A stretch of 60,860 nucleotides of DNA, the filler included, from Basidiobolus ranarum (taxonomy: Eukaryota): NCBI GenBank assembly GCA_040143965.1. It is 13 parts of 13 records of this genome, joined end to end, with 100 filler letters (N's around TTAATTAATTAA, not from the genome) between each part and the next. Parts side by side here need not be neighbours in the genome. Positions count along the whole stretch, not along the records: positions 37,563 to 42,145 come from JASJQH010008779.1; positions 42,246 to 46,826 come from JASJQH010008780.1; positions 46,927 to 51,506 come from JASJQH010008781.1; 10 more parts are not named here. One strand, written 5' to 3'. Numbering within the stretch: position 1 is the stretch's first letter; every line of letters begins with the position of its first letter. A program made the position numbers and the translations under genes. The notes under the pieces are model-generated. The model did no database searches, was not told the DNA's origin, and worked only from the letters and a program-made list of their open reading frames with translations. Shown one piece after another: positions 37,463 through 50,151 of this stretch.

Positions 37463-40400
37463 NNNNNNNNNNNNNNNNNNNNNNNNNNNNNNNNNNNNNN
37501 NNNNNNTTAATTAATTAANNNNNNNNNNNNNNNNNNNNNNNNNNNNNNNNNNNNNNNNNNNNTATAGATACGTTGCTTTCTATTTCTGATATATGTATCA
37601 TAACTAAAGTTAACTATGATGTTAAATAAAGATTAATTATCCAACAAGAAAACTCTTAACAGATTTAGGTTATTCTCAAAATTCACAGGTCCCAGGAACA
37701 AGTACACAAAGTTTGGAGCTTCAAGCACAAGTTTGAAAAAATTGATATATGTTGGAACTTCACAGATGGTGTCAAAGTTCCAAGTAAATTCCAATTGAGA
37801 ACAGTGAGTGATATTTTAGAGAAATATAGGATAACCAAATAGTAAGCTATATATGATTATATAGATGTTTAGGCAATGCTAATTTGAATGATTAAAATAG
37901 AGCGACTGTTGTTATATTGCTTTCTTGTTTCTGATATATTGATCATAACTAAAGTTAGCTAAGATGTTGAATAAAGATTAAGTATCCAACAGATACTACC
38001 AACCATTAGTCAGTTATAAACAGACCCATCTACCTCTTTCTTAATCTGTTGTACTCATTAAGCGACCTGTGGATAATGTATATATATTGATATCATTCAC
38101 TATGACATAGTAGTGAAATATTGTAAAATCCAGTCTCCTCAATTACAGATGAAAATTTAATATGATTTAATACTAACAAGAGCCCAGTATTTTTAAGATC
38201 TGGAATACGCATAAATGATATAAGCATCTTAATGTTAGTAAGATGAGATAGAGAAGTTAGCGTTATCCTCATAGCATGGATGGGTTTAGATGAAGAGTGA
38301 CTAGGATAATTCATTTAGCCAGATAGAGCAATCTTGTATCACACAATGGTGAATCTGTTAGGGATTAAATGGGCAATCTTCCTTATAGAAATGGTAAACA
38401 GTTCTGAGCCTGGTAAATAATGTCGAGCATTCCCATATACAAACTGAAATTTCTACTAGATTATCACCATTGATACCCCATTATAGCACATATCAATGGC
38501 GGACTAATATAAAGGGCTTCCATCAACACGTCGTTCAATTCCATGATGAAGTAACACCAATAGGGAATTATTCCTCTGAAACGAACTAAACAATTGGTAG
38601 CTTGACCTGATGTACCACTGATTATGTGTTCCAGATTCACATTTCACACACAAAAAGGATGGAATTCTATCTTCCCTTTACTCCACCTAATATCGAGCTC
38701 TCCCCCCCATCACCTTTTCTAGGGAATGACCAATGTATTGCAAAGTAAATAAAAATATTCAATATCATGGATGAGGTACCACTTCAGTATTTACTCGATG
38801 AATTTCTTCGAATCAACATGGCTTTCACTCCTTGCATCATCTAGTGAGTATCAGTTAATTGATATTAATTCTTTGAAATTCATCGAATCATGAGTTGGAT
38901 AGCTGCAGTCAATGCTGTACCATTCCCCATGATTGGTAAACGAATGTCAGTGGTGAAAGGTGATGAAAAGTCATCATAATCCCTTGCAGTATCGCCACCT
39001 AATTTCGATCGGATCATCCAACTAAATTAAGTTCATGGCGAAAGCTTCGATGATATTTACCACATGTGTATTAAGGGGAAAGTGATGACCAAGCCAGGTC
39101 CCAGTGCAGTGCAGTAAACCCTGGGGAGGTTCGCGAAATCAGTTGAGAATCACCATTCGTAGTGAATTTCATTTACAGCATTCATCCCTACTCGTATATG
39201 TCCTATAGACGCACCCAACCCCCTCTCTCACAGCTACCCCGGGAATGGACACTGATTAACGGTAGGATCGAATCAATATCATGAACGAATCCTAGAGATG
39301 TACCTTTGAGGCAGGATCAGCAAGCTCTACTTACTGGCCTGGTTTCATGATGGTTGAGCTGTAGTCGCAATGGACTTACGTTATTTGACCCAGTGGGGTA
39401 CTTATCGTAATATCAATGGGACCAATTAAATCACCTACTAATATCTTGTAAGTAAACCAGTTCACCATGTTCTTGTAGTCATGTTGGAATGGTAGAGATA
39501 TTAAAGAGGCTAAAGTAGGCATTCCCTGCGTGACCTTGTCTTCACACCTTCACCCTCACTCGCACCCACACAGCTCATACTGGTTTTCTTCATTCATGGG
39601 TGAGAAACCTCCCACACCGGATATCGTGGACACTTTCGGAGATCGGTATCGCTAGCTACAATTCCCAAAATATTTACACTTTTACTCTATACGCCCCTCA
39701 ATTTCTTGAGCGCAAAGGGATTTTTTTTTCACCAAGCGTGAGCATTTTCGGTGGGTTAACCAACCCTAGTTGGAAAATCCATTCATTTATATATATACGT
39801 ACTACCTATCTGTTTGGCGTTTTGGATGGGATGAATCCGGCCTAAACTCTACCAAATCGGGTGAAATTGAATGACTATTCTTGATTGATCTGGATATATC
39901 TCTCCTTGGGTTGAAAATTCTAATCACCTTCTATACATAGCAATGATTTCGGTGGATTCCCTTAATCATTTCTTACCTATACAATACGAACATTGTTGGT
40001 GAGTTGAGATGAGATGAGATGGACTGAAGACTGGTATTTGACTGATGTTCAGGCTAGAAATCGATCACGAAGCCTCGTTCTGGTTGTTCTTTACAAATAT
40101 ATATATGTATTGTCACATGCTAGGTTTTGATAAAAACAGTATGTCAGCGTATTATGTGCTTTATACGTAGAAACTGAAAGTGGTTTGGGTGAAGAAAAAA
40201 TATCACCAGCTAACAATTCAAGTGAGTGGGTAAACTATGAAAATATCGGATTGGAGAACGAAGGCAATGTATCCTCTCTCCTGAAGCATATAAAGTTGAG
40301 TGAGTAACTAGAGGTGCCCCTCCCCCCAATTGGTAAATCAAATAATGAAGAAATGAACAATTATTTGCTTTCAGTTTCCTCGAGAAACTGAAAATAAAAT

Positions 40401-40770
40401 GGAGTAATAGATGGTTGTGACGCTGGGCTCTAGGTAGATCGGTTCATTCTAATCCATGCATTAGAAAACCCTTACAAAGGACAATGAGCAACTGGACCAC
40501 CATCAAAGGGAAAAGGGCAAAAATCGGGAAATATTAATTGGCAGGTAAGAATGTGTGTACATCAAAAATTAGGAAGCATGAAGAAAAGAAAACTGATTAA
40601 AGGGACGCCCAAGTCGAGATTAGTGAGTTTTGGTCTGGGAAGCGTGAGAACCAGGCAAGACCAGCTTAGTATTTTGGTGTGTTAATGGGAACACATCAGG
40701 TCAGTCTGACCGTCTAAACAGTAGGATATTAGATAGATGAACAACCCGTTATACAGGACTTGAATAAATT

Positions 40771-42053
40771 TTACCTTCTGCCCTGTTTAAGAATAACGAC
40801 TTGCTGTCGTAGATCTCGTATCTCTTGGCTCAACTTGTCCTGGCCTTCTTGTAGTTGCCTGATGTACTCAATTGCTATACATGAAAAAGAAAGTTTCAAT
40901 TATTTAGTCTTGCGTAAAAATTCAACCATAATAAAGGTATATAACTACATTTGCTTAGAATTTCCCATTTACTCGTTTTGATATTTTTATCAACTGGCAA
41001 ATTGTCTCTTAATTCATCAAATAGGTCCTTCATCTCTTTTCGACGCTTTCTTTCGGCCAGTTTGTGGGATACTTTAAGAGCGGGGGTTCGAGAGTATGGG
41101 CTGATTTTGTCCCCATCGGAGGGTGACGGAAATACATACGATGAGTGGGAAGAGTCAAGTGCTTGGTCTGATCCTCGCTCATTGATAAGACTTTGATGAG
41201 GGAAACTGATCACAGGCAATGACGCTCTTCTTCCCATCATGTGCTCGTGACGAAAAGCTGGGCGATCAAGAAGATGGTGATGAGGTATTGGCCTATCCTG
41301 AGTAGGTGGTGGTGATTTCTCAGAATATTCACTTGAATATCCCTCAATCTCTTCTATCTTGGGCAACTTTAACGAACCTGTAGCCGAATTAATGTTGTCT
41401 CCGGGTGTATGTGAAGATCCAGCAAATGCGAAGATCTGAGGTGGTGGCGGAAGAGGATCACACATAGAAGCTCGTCTCTTGAACGCAGAGGCTGGGACAT
41501 TGGTTGAATTCGAGCTGGACTCCTTACGTTTTAAGCTAGAAGAATATTGATTTTCACTAGTATGCTTCTCTGCTTCGGTATCATGAGAATACTCCGGGGT
41601 GAAAGATTGTGAAAGTGATGAAGGCTGCTGTGCCTCGCGTCCAGATAAATGTGGTAAAGGTAGAGAATAAGAGCCACCAGGCAAACCAGCGACGGAATGC
41701 CGACGAAAAGGAATATGGTTTTGTTGCTGCAAATCGGCATTTAAGCGAGGCAGATGTGGAGGAAGCAAAAGCTCCCCTCGACCTTCATATCTGGAGGTGG
41801 TTTCGCTATAACTAGGTGAGTTATGCTCAGGGTAGTCGTGGCGAGCTTGCGAAAAATGAACCCCATTTACATGTGTGAGGCGATCGTTTGAATAATTCAT
41901 AGCTTCGGGAGGCTTCGTTAAACTGAAAACACCTGGGAGAGACCTATCACGGAGAGGACCAGAATCTTTTGCGTCACTGGCGGCGCTATTGGAATGAGGG
42001 TTCGGGTACGGCTTTGTTAAGAATAGGTTACTTGAATTGAAACCGACAGATCC
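40771..42053 (-). CDS. bHLH(-ZIP) transcription factor, DevR/Esc1 type; 5' end uncertain
   Basis: [41 protein letters not shown], spliced to SIEYIRQLQ followed by leucine heptads. Confidence 0.88.
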
Positions 42054-42379
42054 TAAATATAAAATTAGATATGTCAGCTAGTGGTCATTTTTGATAGCAA
42101 TCTGCAGACAAGTAATTATGTAACGCTGACAGACATGAAAACATGNNNNNNNNNNNNNNNNNNNNNNNNNNNNNNNNNNNNNNNNNNNNTTAATTAATTA
42201 ANNNNNNNNNNNNNNNNNNNNNNNNNNNNNNNNNNNNNNNNNNNNTATCTCAAACAATTGATTTACTTTTCTACTATATAAGTCACCATATACTCTTAAG
42301 AATAAACAAACTAAAACACACTATCATAAGTTGCTTCTAATACTCAAAGTCTACCCTCATTATGTCAAGATGCTCCAAC

Positions 42380-45289
42380 AGTTACTACAGTTATATGACC
42401 TGTAAGAAGTAGGTAGAAATGCATCTTTGGTTGAACAAGTAAGTCCAAACAACTTTTGGGACAAGCAGCTAGATTGCCAACCTTGGTTATTCCAGTGCTG
42501 AAGTCATTATTTCAGAAATTGAAGAAGAAGGCAATGGTCTTGTTACAGACTCTTTGTTATTAGGAAAATATGGGCTATTTGGAGGAACTTTAGAAAAGTG
42601 GAGTTGTGACTAGCTTTTTGAGATAACTATTTATTTTCCAGCAATAAAACATTGATACATTTTGGTAGAATTATATAAAACTAACACTGGGGTTGTGTTC
42701 AGAACATCTGTGTGAGTAAAATGAGCAATTTTTGGGGCAATTTGGATGAGTTTGAAATTTCCAATATGGAATTGCTAATTCTCACATTATTGACATATAT
42801 ATATAATATATGTTCCAATTTTCAGTTAAGTGATATTTGACCAAGTAATGTTAACTAACTTATATGTGATATATGAAATAGTTACGTGTATAAAGATAGA
42901 GATAACAAATATGATAAAGACAATAAACTTCAATATTTGTTATTGGCAAGCATTAGTCCACTTATAACACTTACAGTAAACAAAGCAGCTTTGATTATTG
43001 AGCAGTGGAGATTTCAATCCAATCTTAGCAACCAGGTGTTTACTGGTTTTCTTACATTTTTACCACAATTGACTTGTAACTGTTGCTTGCCACAGACCTG
43101 GTACAAGTGGAAAACCCTTGTCACTTGTATGACTTATAATCATTCAGTAATTAAACTACCTTCATGTCCAAATGGTTGTTTGACTTATATCAGTGCTCTG
43201 AAAATCTGAAGTCATGTACTGTTTGCATGCATTTGTCAAGCACTGAATCTAGTAAGTATTGTTCATATTTGGCTTACCTACCATTGATCACTTGTCTTAA
43301 AGGTTTAATGAAATATATTGTTGGAAAGACCTGCTTGCCAACAACTTTAACTAACTTAAATATTCCTCCTTCTGAGCAGTGTAAGAGTTGTAATATTTTA
43401 ATATCATTCATCATATCTGGTCCTAAATCACCAGCACTAATTGATAGCTTCTTTGAGCCTTTGATTGTGGATTTTGAATGGTTATCCAATGGGGTTCAGT
43501 TGGGTGAATATTTTATTAAAGCTAATTTTATTGTATGAATTGATGTCACTCCTGCCATCAGTAAACTTGGAGGGTTTTGTGACCACAATGCACTATCTTC
43601 CTGTAGATTTTGTCAAATCAATGGAGTTTACTCTATCAGGCATATGTATTACTACAATCCAAGTATAACACTAAAGTCCATGAATTTACCATCAAGAGCC
43701 TGGTCTGATTTCAATATGCACTCTGAAATCAATTCACTAAACAGTCAGTCTAACTTCAAACTTGGTATTAGCCATAAGCCCGAGATTATATTGCTAAAGG
43801 GGATCAGCTGGCACCAGAGCTTCCCATTAGGCACTATGCACTTCCTATTCAACAAGATTCCAATAATACTTACTCAGCCATATATAGTGGAAAACATAAC
43901 ATAAATGAGCTATTTGAGATAGGATCAAATTTGAATTAATTGGGAAAATAGTTGAAAACATTAAGATACTATCATACTTTATCAGGACTCCAATCAATAT
44001 CCACTCATCTAGGCATTTATTCAAATGTAGAGACTGGAAGTATTGAAATTGTATATATTCAAGTGGAATCTTGAAAAGATTTCCACCTGATAAGTATTGG
44101 CAACATTAAGAGTTGTTTGTGGATATTGTTAATACAATCTCACAGCATCAACTCATATAGGCAGATCTCAGGCAGATACAGTAACTGTGCACAGATTTTG
44201 TAATTGGATATGAAAAACTTTATTACAGGTTTCAGAAGATAGACTGAATTTATGCTGGTATTCAATACATTCCCTGCTGAATCTTTCACAATGCTAAGAG
44301 ATTATAGGCCCTTGCTATACATTCTGGGGGTTCCCAATGGAATGTACCAGCAATGAAATGATACTCCATGTGATATTGTCAGTATTACTGTATGCTAATG
44401 TGATTATCCAGATATGGCTATGATGCAATGAGGTAAGGAGACTCCAGAGTATATTAACTTTCAAACAAAGGGCTCTTTTCAATGTGCTTGTGGGTTTTCA
44501 CATTGCTTGAGCACAATAACAGCAACAAAACCCAATCCATGGACACAGAGTAAGTACCTATATAATTCAGACTAAATTGTTTGTGTAATAATCTGATGGT
44601 ATCTCTAGGAAAGCTGCAAGACAGACATCTTGGTGAGACAGATTGAGCTATGCAGCAACATTGTTTTAGCCATGGGGTAATCTATTTAAGCAATGACACA
44701 TCTACTTGCAGCAGGACATTTTTTGACTGCAAGTTGGGGATATTTTGGCTGAATTGTTTATGAAAATTTGTAAAAATCCAAGAGCTCATTCTCATTGCAA
44801 ATGGTAGCAAGTGTCAGCTATTGGCCAAGTGTCAGTCCTATTCAAAATTTCAGATTTTTAGCATTTTTTACACCACTGGTTTGCTGGTAAACCATATTGA
44901 TGTTCTTTAGTCATGTCTGATCAGTCATATATGTGCATATGTAGAGACTTAACACAACAATATTCTTGTATTTTTTGATTCTCATTATGGCCGGAATATG
45001 AAGCCTAAAATATCTGAACAAAGGCATGCATATTAATTTGAATTCCTACAGCAGTAAACCCAGTAATTTGCCATTCAAAGATTAGATTTTGCAAAAACGA
45101 TGGATATTGAATAATGCATGCCAAATATGAGGATCAATATTTTAACATGTAAGAATACCATCAAGAAGCTACTGTCTCACCATCAAGATCACTGGCACAA
45201 TACAAGCCACCAATATTTTCACAGTTCTCTGATGGTTTTGTAATTCAGAAGAGTGGGTCTGATCTGGAACAAATCATTTTTTGTTAGGG
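42380..45289 (+). mobile_element. Degenerate CMC/EnSpm transposase through element end B
   Basis: CPNGC, ISGPKSP..IDSFFEPL, MHFLFN, FW.FPMEC; terminates TTTTTGTTAGGG at 45289. Confidence 0.82.
42558..42935 (-). repeat. Solo LTR (copia family D) inside the transposase, TSD TTTGT
   Basis: TTTGT at 42553-42557 and 42936-42940; removing the insert restores DSLLLASI. Confidence 0.8.
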
Positions 45290-45656
45290 TGAAAGGGTGG
45301 TATCTTAGGTATATCCTAACAATATCATCAGCTGATTCTGAGACAGTGTCACACATGAGTCTTCAGGGGATTTAAAAGGTATTGGGTACTAGATGGCAAT
45401 TTTGATTTATTACAAGCTGCTTCTGAGCAATTTTGTTACACAAAGTTTACCATCTGAAAATTTTAATACCAATCAAAAGGCTTTCAAATCTATATTAAAA
45501 TCAGTTTCAAAGCAAAAGCCTGCTGGCACAAGAGGAAAAAAACCAACAAGAACAGAGGTATTATTTGACAAGCAGTGTAGTAATCCAATATCTACTTTTG
45601 AAGGTGTTAAGATACTAGAAACTGGCCCAAGTAATGATGAAGCATTGATCACTTTA

Positions 45657-46826
45657 CCCAAACCAAATTTAGGATAAATATTGTAGGAATACCATCACAG
45701 TTTTAATCCATTTGGGATTGCCCATTTACCTATTATCATAAAACAGTCAAGTTAGATATGATTTTAATCAATTTTTTCAGTTTCAGGAGTGAAATTTCAA
45801 GATCTCACAAAATAGTTGTGCATGACTTGCTACAATCTCAGTGAACTATGGATCAACACAAGGGCAAAAAATGTAACTCAAATTTTACATATTCATCACT
45901 TAAATGCTAATTGGTCACCTCCAAAATCCTGAGTTTCTTTGATATATTCTAGTGAATATTTTATAGAGTTCTTCATACCCAAGGTTTAGCTCATACCCAA
46001 CATGAGTTTGTATCAATATCTCCATCAAAGCTCACCATTGTATTAATGTTGCTGAATCACATTCTTTCAGCTATCTGCTGGATACCCTATGATATTGTGC
46101 CACTGCATATTAAGTTCTTCCCAGATATCTGCATGATCAGCATTAGACTTAGTGTCAAGTTGTATGTTCTTCTTCCAATGTCACTTTCTGCATACTTGCA
46201 CTGCATTTTTCTCTTCCTATTTTGAAAATACTCCTCAAGCACTTTGACTATTTTTATTCATCCTTGTAGTGTGACACTACTGAGGGTGCTCTATGCTGTA
46301 TGTGTAGCTTTTTCCTTGCTTTTAAGTTTGGGGCCAATTTCAACACTTTGAAAAGTAACAGTTGAGGTTGGAAGGCCATGAGTCCTATTTGCTGGTGTTT
46401 TGGCTTGTTGAGAGGTGCCAGATGTTAGTTAACCTTCCCAATATGGCACTCTTCCAACTGGTGTACCAGGTTCCAAGGTGAAATTGAGCTTTTTTGCAAG
46501 TATATCTGACTCTGGAAATGCATATCTTGGTAACGGTATGTAGGATTTAGTAAGTAGGAGAGTGGAGCCTAAACTCACTAGCCCCTTTGCTTTTCCCCAG
46601 GGTTTACTAACTTCCTGCTCCTTGAGTCCTTCTTTAGCTGCTTTTCTTTCTTTTCCAAGTCAATAATTGTGTACATTTTTGAGATGTTTCATGAATAGGC
46701 CTCTACTAGCCCATTGCCATTTGCTTGCAAAAATCCAGAATGATCCACATGATTTAAGTCAAGAACCTTTAAAGTAACACCCAGTTTTTGGTTTTTTGAT
46801 GATTGGCTCAAATCCAGCTGATTTTG
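45657..46826 (-). mobile_element. CCCTA-element end A plus ORF2 remnant
   Basis: Colinear with 55043-56184. Confidence 0.75.
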
Positions 46827-46926
46827 NNNNNNNNNNNNNNNNNNNNNNNNNNNNNNNNNNNNNNNNNNNNTTAATTAATTAANNNNNNNNNNNNNNNNNN
46901 NNNNNNNNNNNNNNNNNNNNNNNNNN

Positions 46927-46971
46927 AGACTGAAGATCTGAAGGTCCTGCGTTCAATCCGCAGAGATGGCA
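46927..46971 (+). tRNA. tRNA-Phe(GAA), 3' half (cut by contig start)
   Basis: AGA-CTGAAGA-TCT anticodon arm, CTGCG-TTCAATC-CGCAG T arm, T-rich 3' flank. Confidence 0.88.
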
Positions 46972-47818
46972 TTTACTTTTAGCTTTTGATATGAGATTAA
47001 CTGAACAAATGCAACTATATTTGTCACGATTTTTGAACTCGGTACCTTTCATTTTATAGAAATATTTTATCCCTAGAAACTTTTTTGCCATATGTAATTC
47101 GCCATTTAGGATATAAACTAACCACTGCAGTTGTCATTCAGGCATTTCGGTGTGGGAAAAGTTAAAAGAAGCGTGACTTTCCATTTCTAGCATACTCTAT
47201 AGCAATTGTGAGTTTTACTCGAAACTAACCAATATCATTGCACTTTTGTAAGCGACAGTGCTACCTCTTGAAAGCTTTTTTTTTAAGAAAATGCTGGGTG
47301 GGTGCATACATATTCCGATGAAAATTGATTATCTTGGATCAGTCATAATCTTACCAAAAATTGAAAATTCAATCCATTTGACATGGAATATTGAGATGAT
47401 TGAGCATCTATTCACCGGAGTAAGCCATACTTGACTCTCTTTATCTTTTACATTTCTCTTTGAAAAGAATTAAATTTGTCTTATACTTGAGAACTATTCT
47501 GATGAACCTTCCTGTGATATAAATTCATAATAGGCATTATTACCTATGGTTTGGCTGCAGCTTTATCCATAAAAATATATATAGAAATGTATGGTTTATT
47601 CCTAGTGTGAAGATATTGAAGATATTAATAAGGAGTAATGGTTTCAAACATCAATGAGTATTTGAAGTGAAAAATGTTTCAATATTAAGCATCTCAGAAA
47701 CAGTTAAATTTGGATATTGATCAATGAAATCATCTTCCACAAAACTATTACAATATAATGGTTTCATAGCAAGAAAATGAATCAGTAAATTCAATGTATT
47801 TCTATTAAAGCAATGGAA

Positions 47819-48865
47819 TCAATTGGGAGTAATAACAGCAGGATATTGTAATATTCTGATTCCAATAAAATTGGCAATCAGAAACACCTTGATTGCTTTA
47901 CGCAAATTTTCAGTAAATGAAGCGTAGTTGAAGGTTGAGTCCAGTTTCAAACATTTTGCCTGAATAAGTTCTCCAAAATTTCTAGCTTGTCCAATTTTGG
48001 ATAGTTTCCATAACTCAGGATGCTTTCTTAGTTGCTTCCTAGCAAATGAAATGTAAAACAAGGCCAACCTATAAGATTCAATGTTCATAAGAACCAATGA
48101 TTTCTTTTGAAGTGAATCCAAATTTTCAACGGCAGAGTTGCTCAGTATTATAGCCTTCAAGATTGTGCAATTTTTTCCTGGTTGCAAATCATGATCAGAA
48201 ATATTTACTAGTAAATCTTCAATATTAGTGATATATTGAAAATCTTCTTTCTTTTGATTGAAAGTATGTTCAAGGTTATGAGTTAGTGATAGAAACTTCT
48301 TTTGACTCACTTTAGCCTTGATAACTGGTGGATCTATATATTCACCATATTGGAATTCTTTTAGCCATTTATGATTCTGGTCTAATGAGTCTTGATGTTT
48401 TGGAATTCTTCTTGCAGACTTTTCTTGTATAGGTTGAAGCACTATCTCATCATTGGCTTCTTCTGATTGGGATGAAACATCACACAGCGGTGGTTCTGTA
48501 TTTACTTGATTTCCAAAATTGGCACCTGAGACTAGCAAAGCTTCATTGGTAGAAAAGTTGATACTTACATAGTCATACTTGTTGAATTCCAATTGTTTGA
48601 TAATAATAGATTTGTCTTGTGGGATATTGAAATTTTCATAGGTAAGATCAATTGATAGATGTAGCTTATCTTGAAACCAAGCAAAGATCTCTCCTTTCTC
48701 AAAGCTTAGCAGTTTTAACTCATATTCTTCAGACATCACTAATATGGCAGCTACAGCAATACAAAATATTTGCCTTGAGTCCCGAGCTTTCCTGAATAGC
48801 TTCATGGTAGCGCAGAGTAGAGGGTCAGATAATAGAAGGTTTCGGAGTTCTTCATTCATGTTCAT
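47819..48865 (-). CDS. Intronless 348-aa ORF of unknown function, possibly a pseudogene or transposon cargo
   Basis: Long ATG-initiated ORF in AT-rich, CpG-poor DNA; the frame continues 55 codons past its TGA. Confidence 0.55.
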   Translation of the reverse strand: MNMNEELRNLLLSDPLLCATMKLFRKARDSRQIFCIAVAAILVMSEEYELKLLSFEKGEIFAWFQDKLHLSIDLTYENFNIPQDKSIIIKQLEFNKYDYVSINFSTNEALLVSGANFGNQVNTEPPLCDVSSQSEEANDEIVLQPIQEKSARRIPKHQDSLDQNHKWLKEFQYGEYIDPPVIKAKVSQKKFLSLTHNLEHTFNQKKEDFQYITNIEDLLVNISDHDLQPGKNCTILKAIILSNSAVENLDSLQKKSLVLMNIESYRLALFYISFARKQLRKHPELWKLSKIGQARNFGELIQAKCLKLDSTFNYASFTENLRKAIKVFLIANFIGIRILQYPAVITPN

Positions 48866-49114
48866 GTTAGAAAGTTGAGTTATTTTTTATTTTCTAATGA
48901 GATTTATATAACTTATGAAATACTACAAATAGATGAGTTTGCGATTTAATGCTCAATTAAACAAAGTTAACAAAGCTACTCATGCAGCTTAATAAAGAAA
49001 CAATATTGTCCTTTGTTGAGATAAAGAACATCTTTGTCTATTAATTTAATTTGATAATTACTTGCAGATATCTATTTTTAACTTTCTTACGTGTTGAATG
49101 AAGAAAATAGGCAG

Positions 49115-49290
49115 AGTATTCAAGTAGTTTGAGAGTTTGTTGGAATTGGTTTGAAAAACAAAAAGAATTGATGGTTTTCACTTGTTGAGTGGAAAATTGA
49201 GATAGATTTTTTTGTGAAGAAGAATGCAAAGTACTACATATAATATGTGAAGGAAGGTTACAGGAACATGTGTGTAAAGTTTTCAATCTA
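49115..49290 (-). repeat. Diverged family-C-like LTR fragment
   Basis: TGTTGGAA.TGGTTTG, TGGTTTTCACTT and CAGGAACATGTGTG blocks shared with LTR C. Confidence 0.65.
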
Positions 49291-49472
49291 TATATTCATT
49301 TTTGTCGTTCTTGGCTTTCGCAACGAGAGCTTGTAATTGATTGAGACATGTTGATTTAATGGTAAGTGCATAATTCCAATTCGAGATTATTTGGAAGATA
49401 CCGAAAATAGTGATGAGTATTTTATATTTGCAGTCTAAAAGTAGGGGTGAAACAGTATACAACTTGATTTAA

Positions 49473-50151
49473 TCATTGAATGATATTTCCATTATTGCTG
49501 ATGACAACAGAGTAACCAGCAATTGTCGTTGATGTTCCTGAGAACAGAATTTGCCGATCAATATAAGTGATTACAGGGATGGCGCCAGACTCCGTGGGCT
49601 TCAAGTTGCCGTGCTTACCTAAATCAGTAAATATTGGCAAACCAAGTAAAATCCTCTCTGCTTGCAAGGTTCAGAGGTGCTAATCTTACCAGAGAGATCT
49701 CCTTGTTGGCACTGCTCCGCCTTCGCAGGATTACACCTGACTGCAGCTCCAACGTTTGCTGGATCGAGCTTGCCACCGGTAGCAGTGCAGTCGTTGTTTG
49801 CCTCTACAGGACTGATGTTGATACTGTATTCAAATCCTCTTTTAGATGAGATAGCAAAGCCTTTGGACAGACCTGCTGACACATCAATAGTAACTTGGAC
49901 ACCCAGTGGCATTGGCTCGAAATGAAACATGGCGTTAATTCTATCTATAGAGTGCAGGAAAAACAAGATGAGTAAGGGAAAGAGAGGGGATGGCTGTACG
50001 CTTTCAACAGAGTGCGAAACTGTGATGACAAAGTAAAAATCTTACTCAGGTTAATATCGGCTTGCAGTGGGCTGGGGGACTGAGATTGGACCATGCTAGT
50101 ATAGCTTGCAGCTGCCATAACTGAAAGAAGGAATGAAGTCATGTGCACCAT
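49473..50151 (-). CDS. Secreted Cu/Zn-SOD-fold (SOD5-like) protein lacking metal ligands; 3' end uncertain
   Basis: Signal peptide; PV..NNDCTATGG.LDP, C...C..GDLSGKHG (across an intron), Y.D, G.SVVI; two GT-AG introns. Confidence 0.82.

Noticed and set aside
38798-39363. Possible micro-exon secreted peptide gene (MNFFESTWLSLLASS-TAVNAVPFP...)
   Set aside because: Joins are speculative, hit stops early and show no recognisable domain
47819-47821. TGA as selenocysteine
   Set aside because: No redox motif context and no SECIS identified; CpG decay explains it more simply
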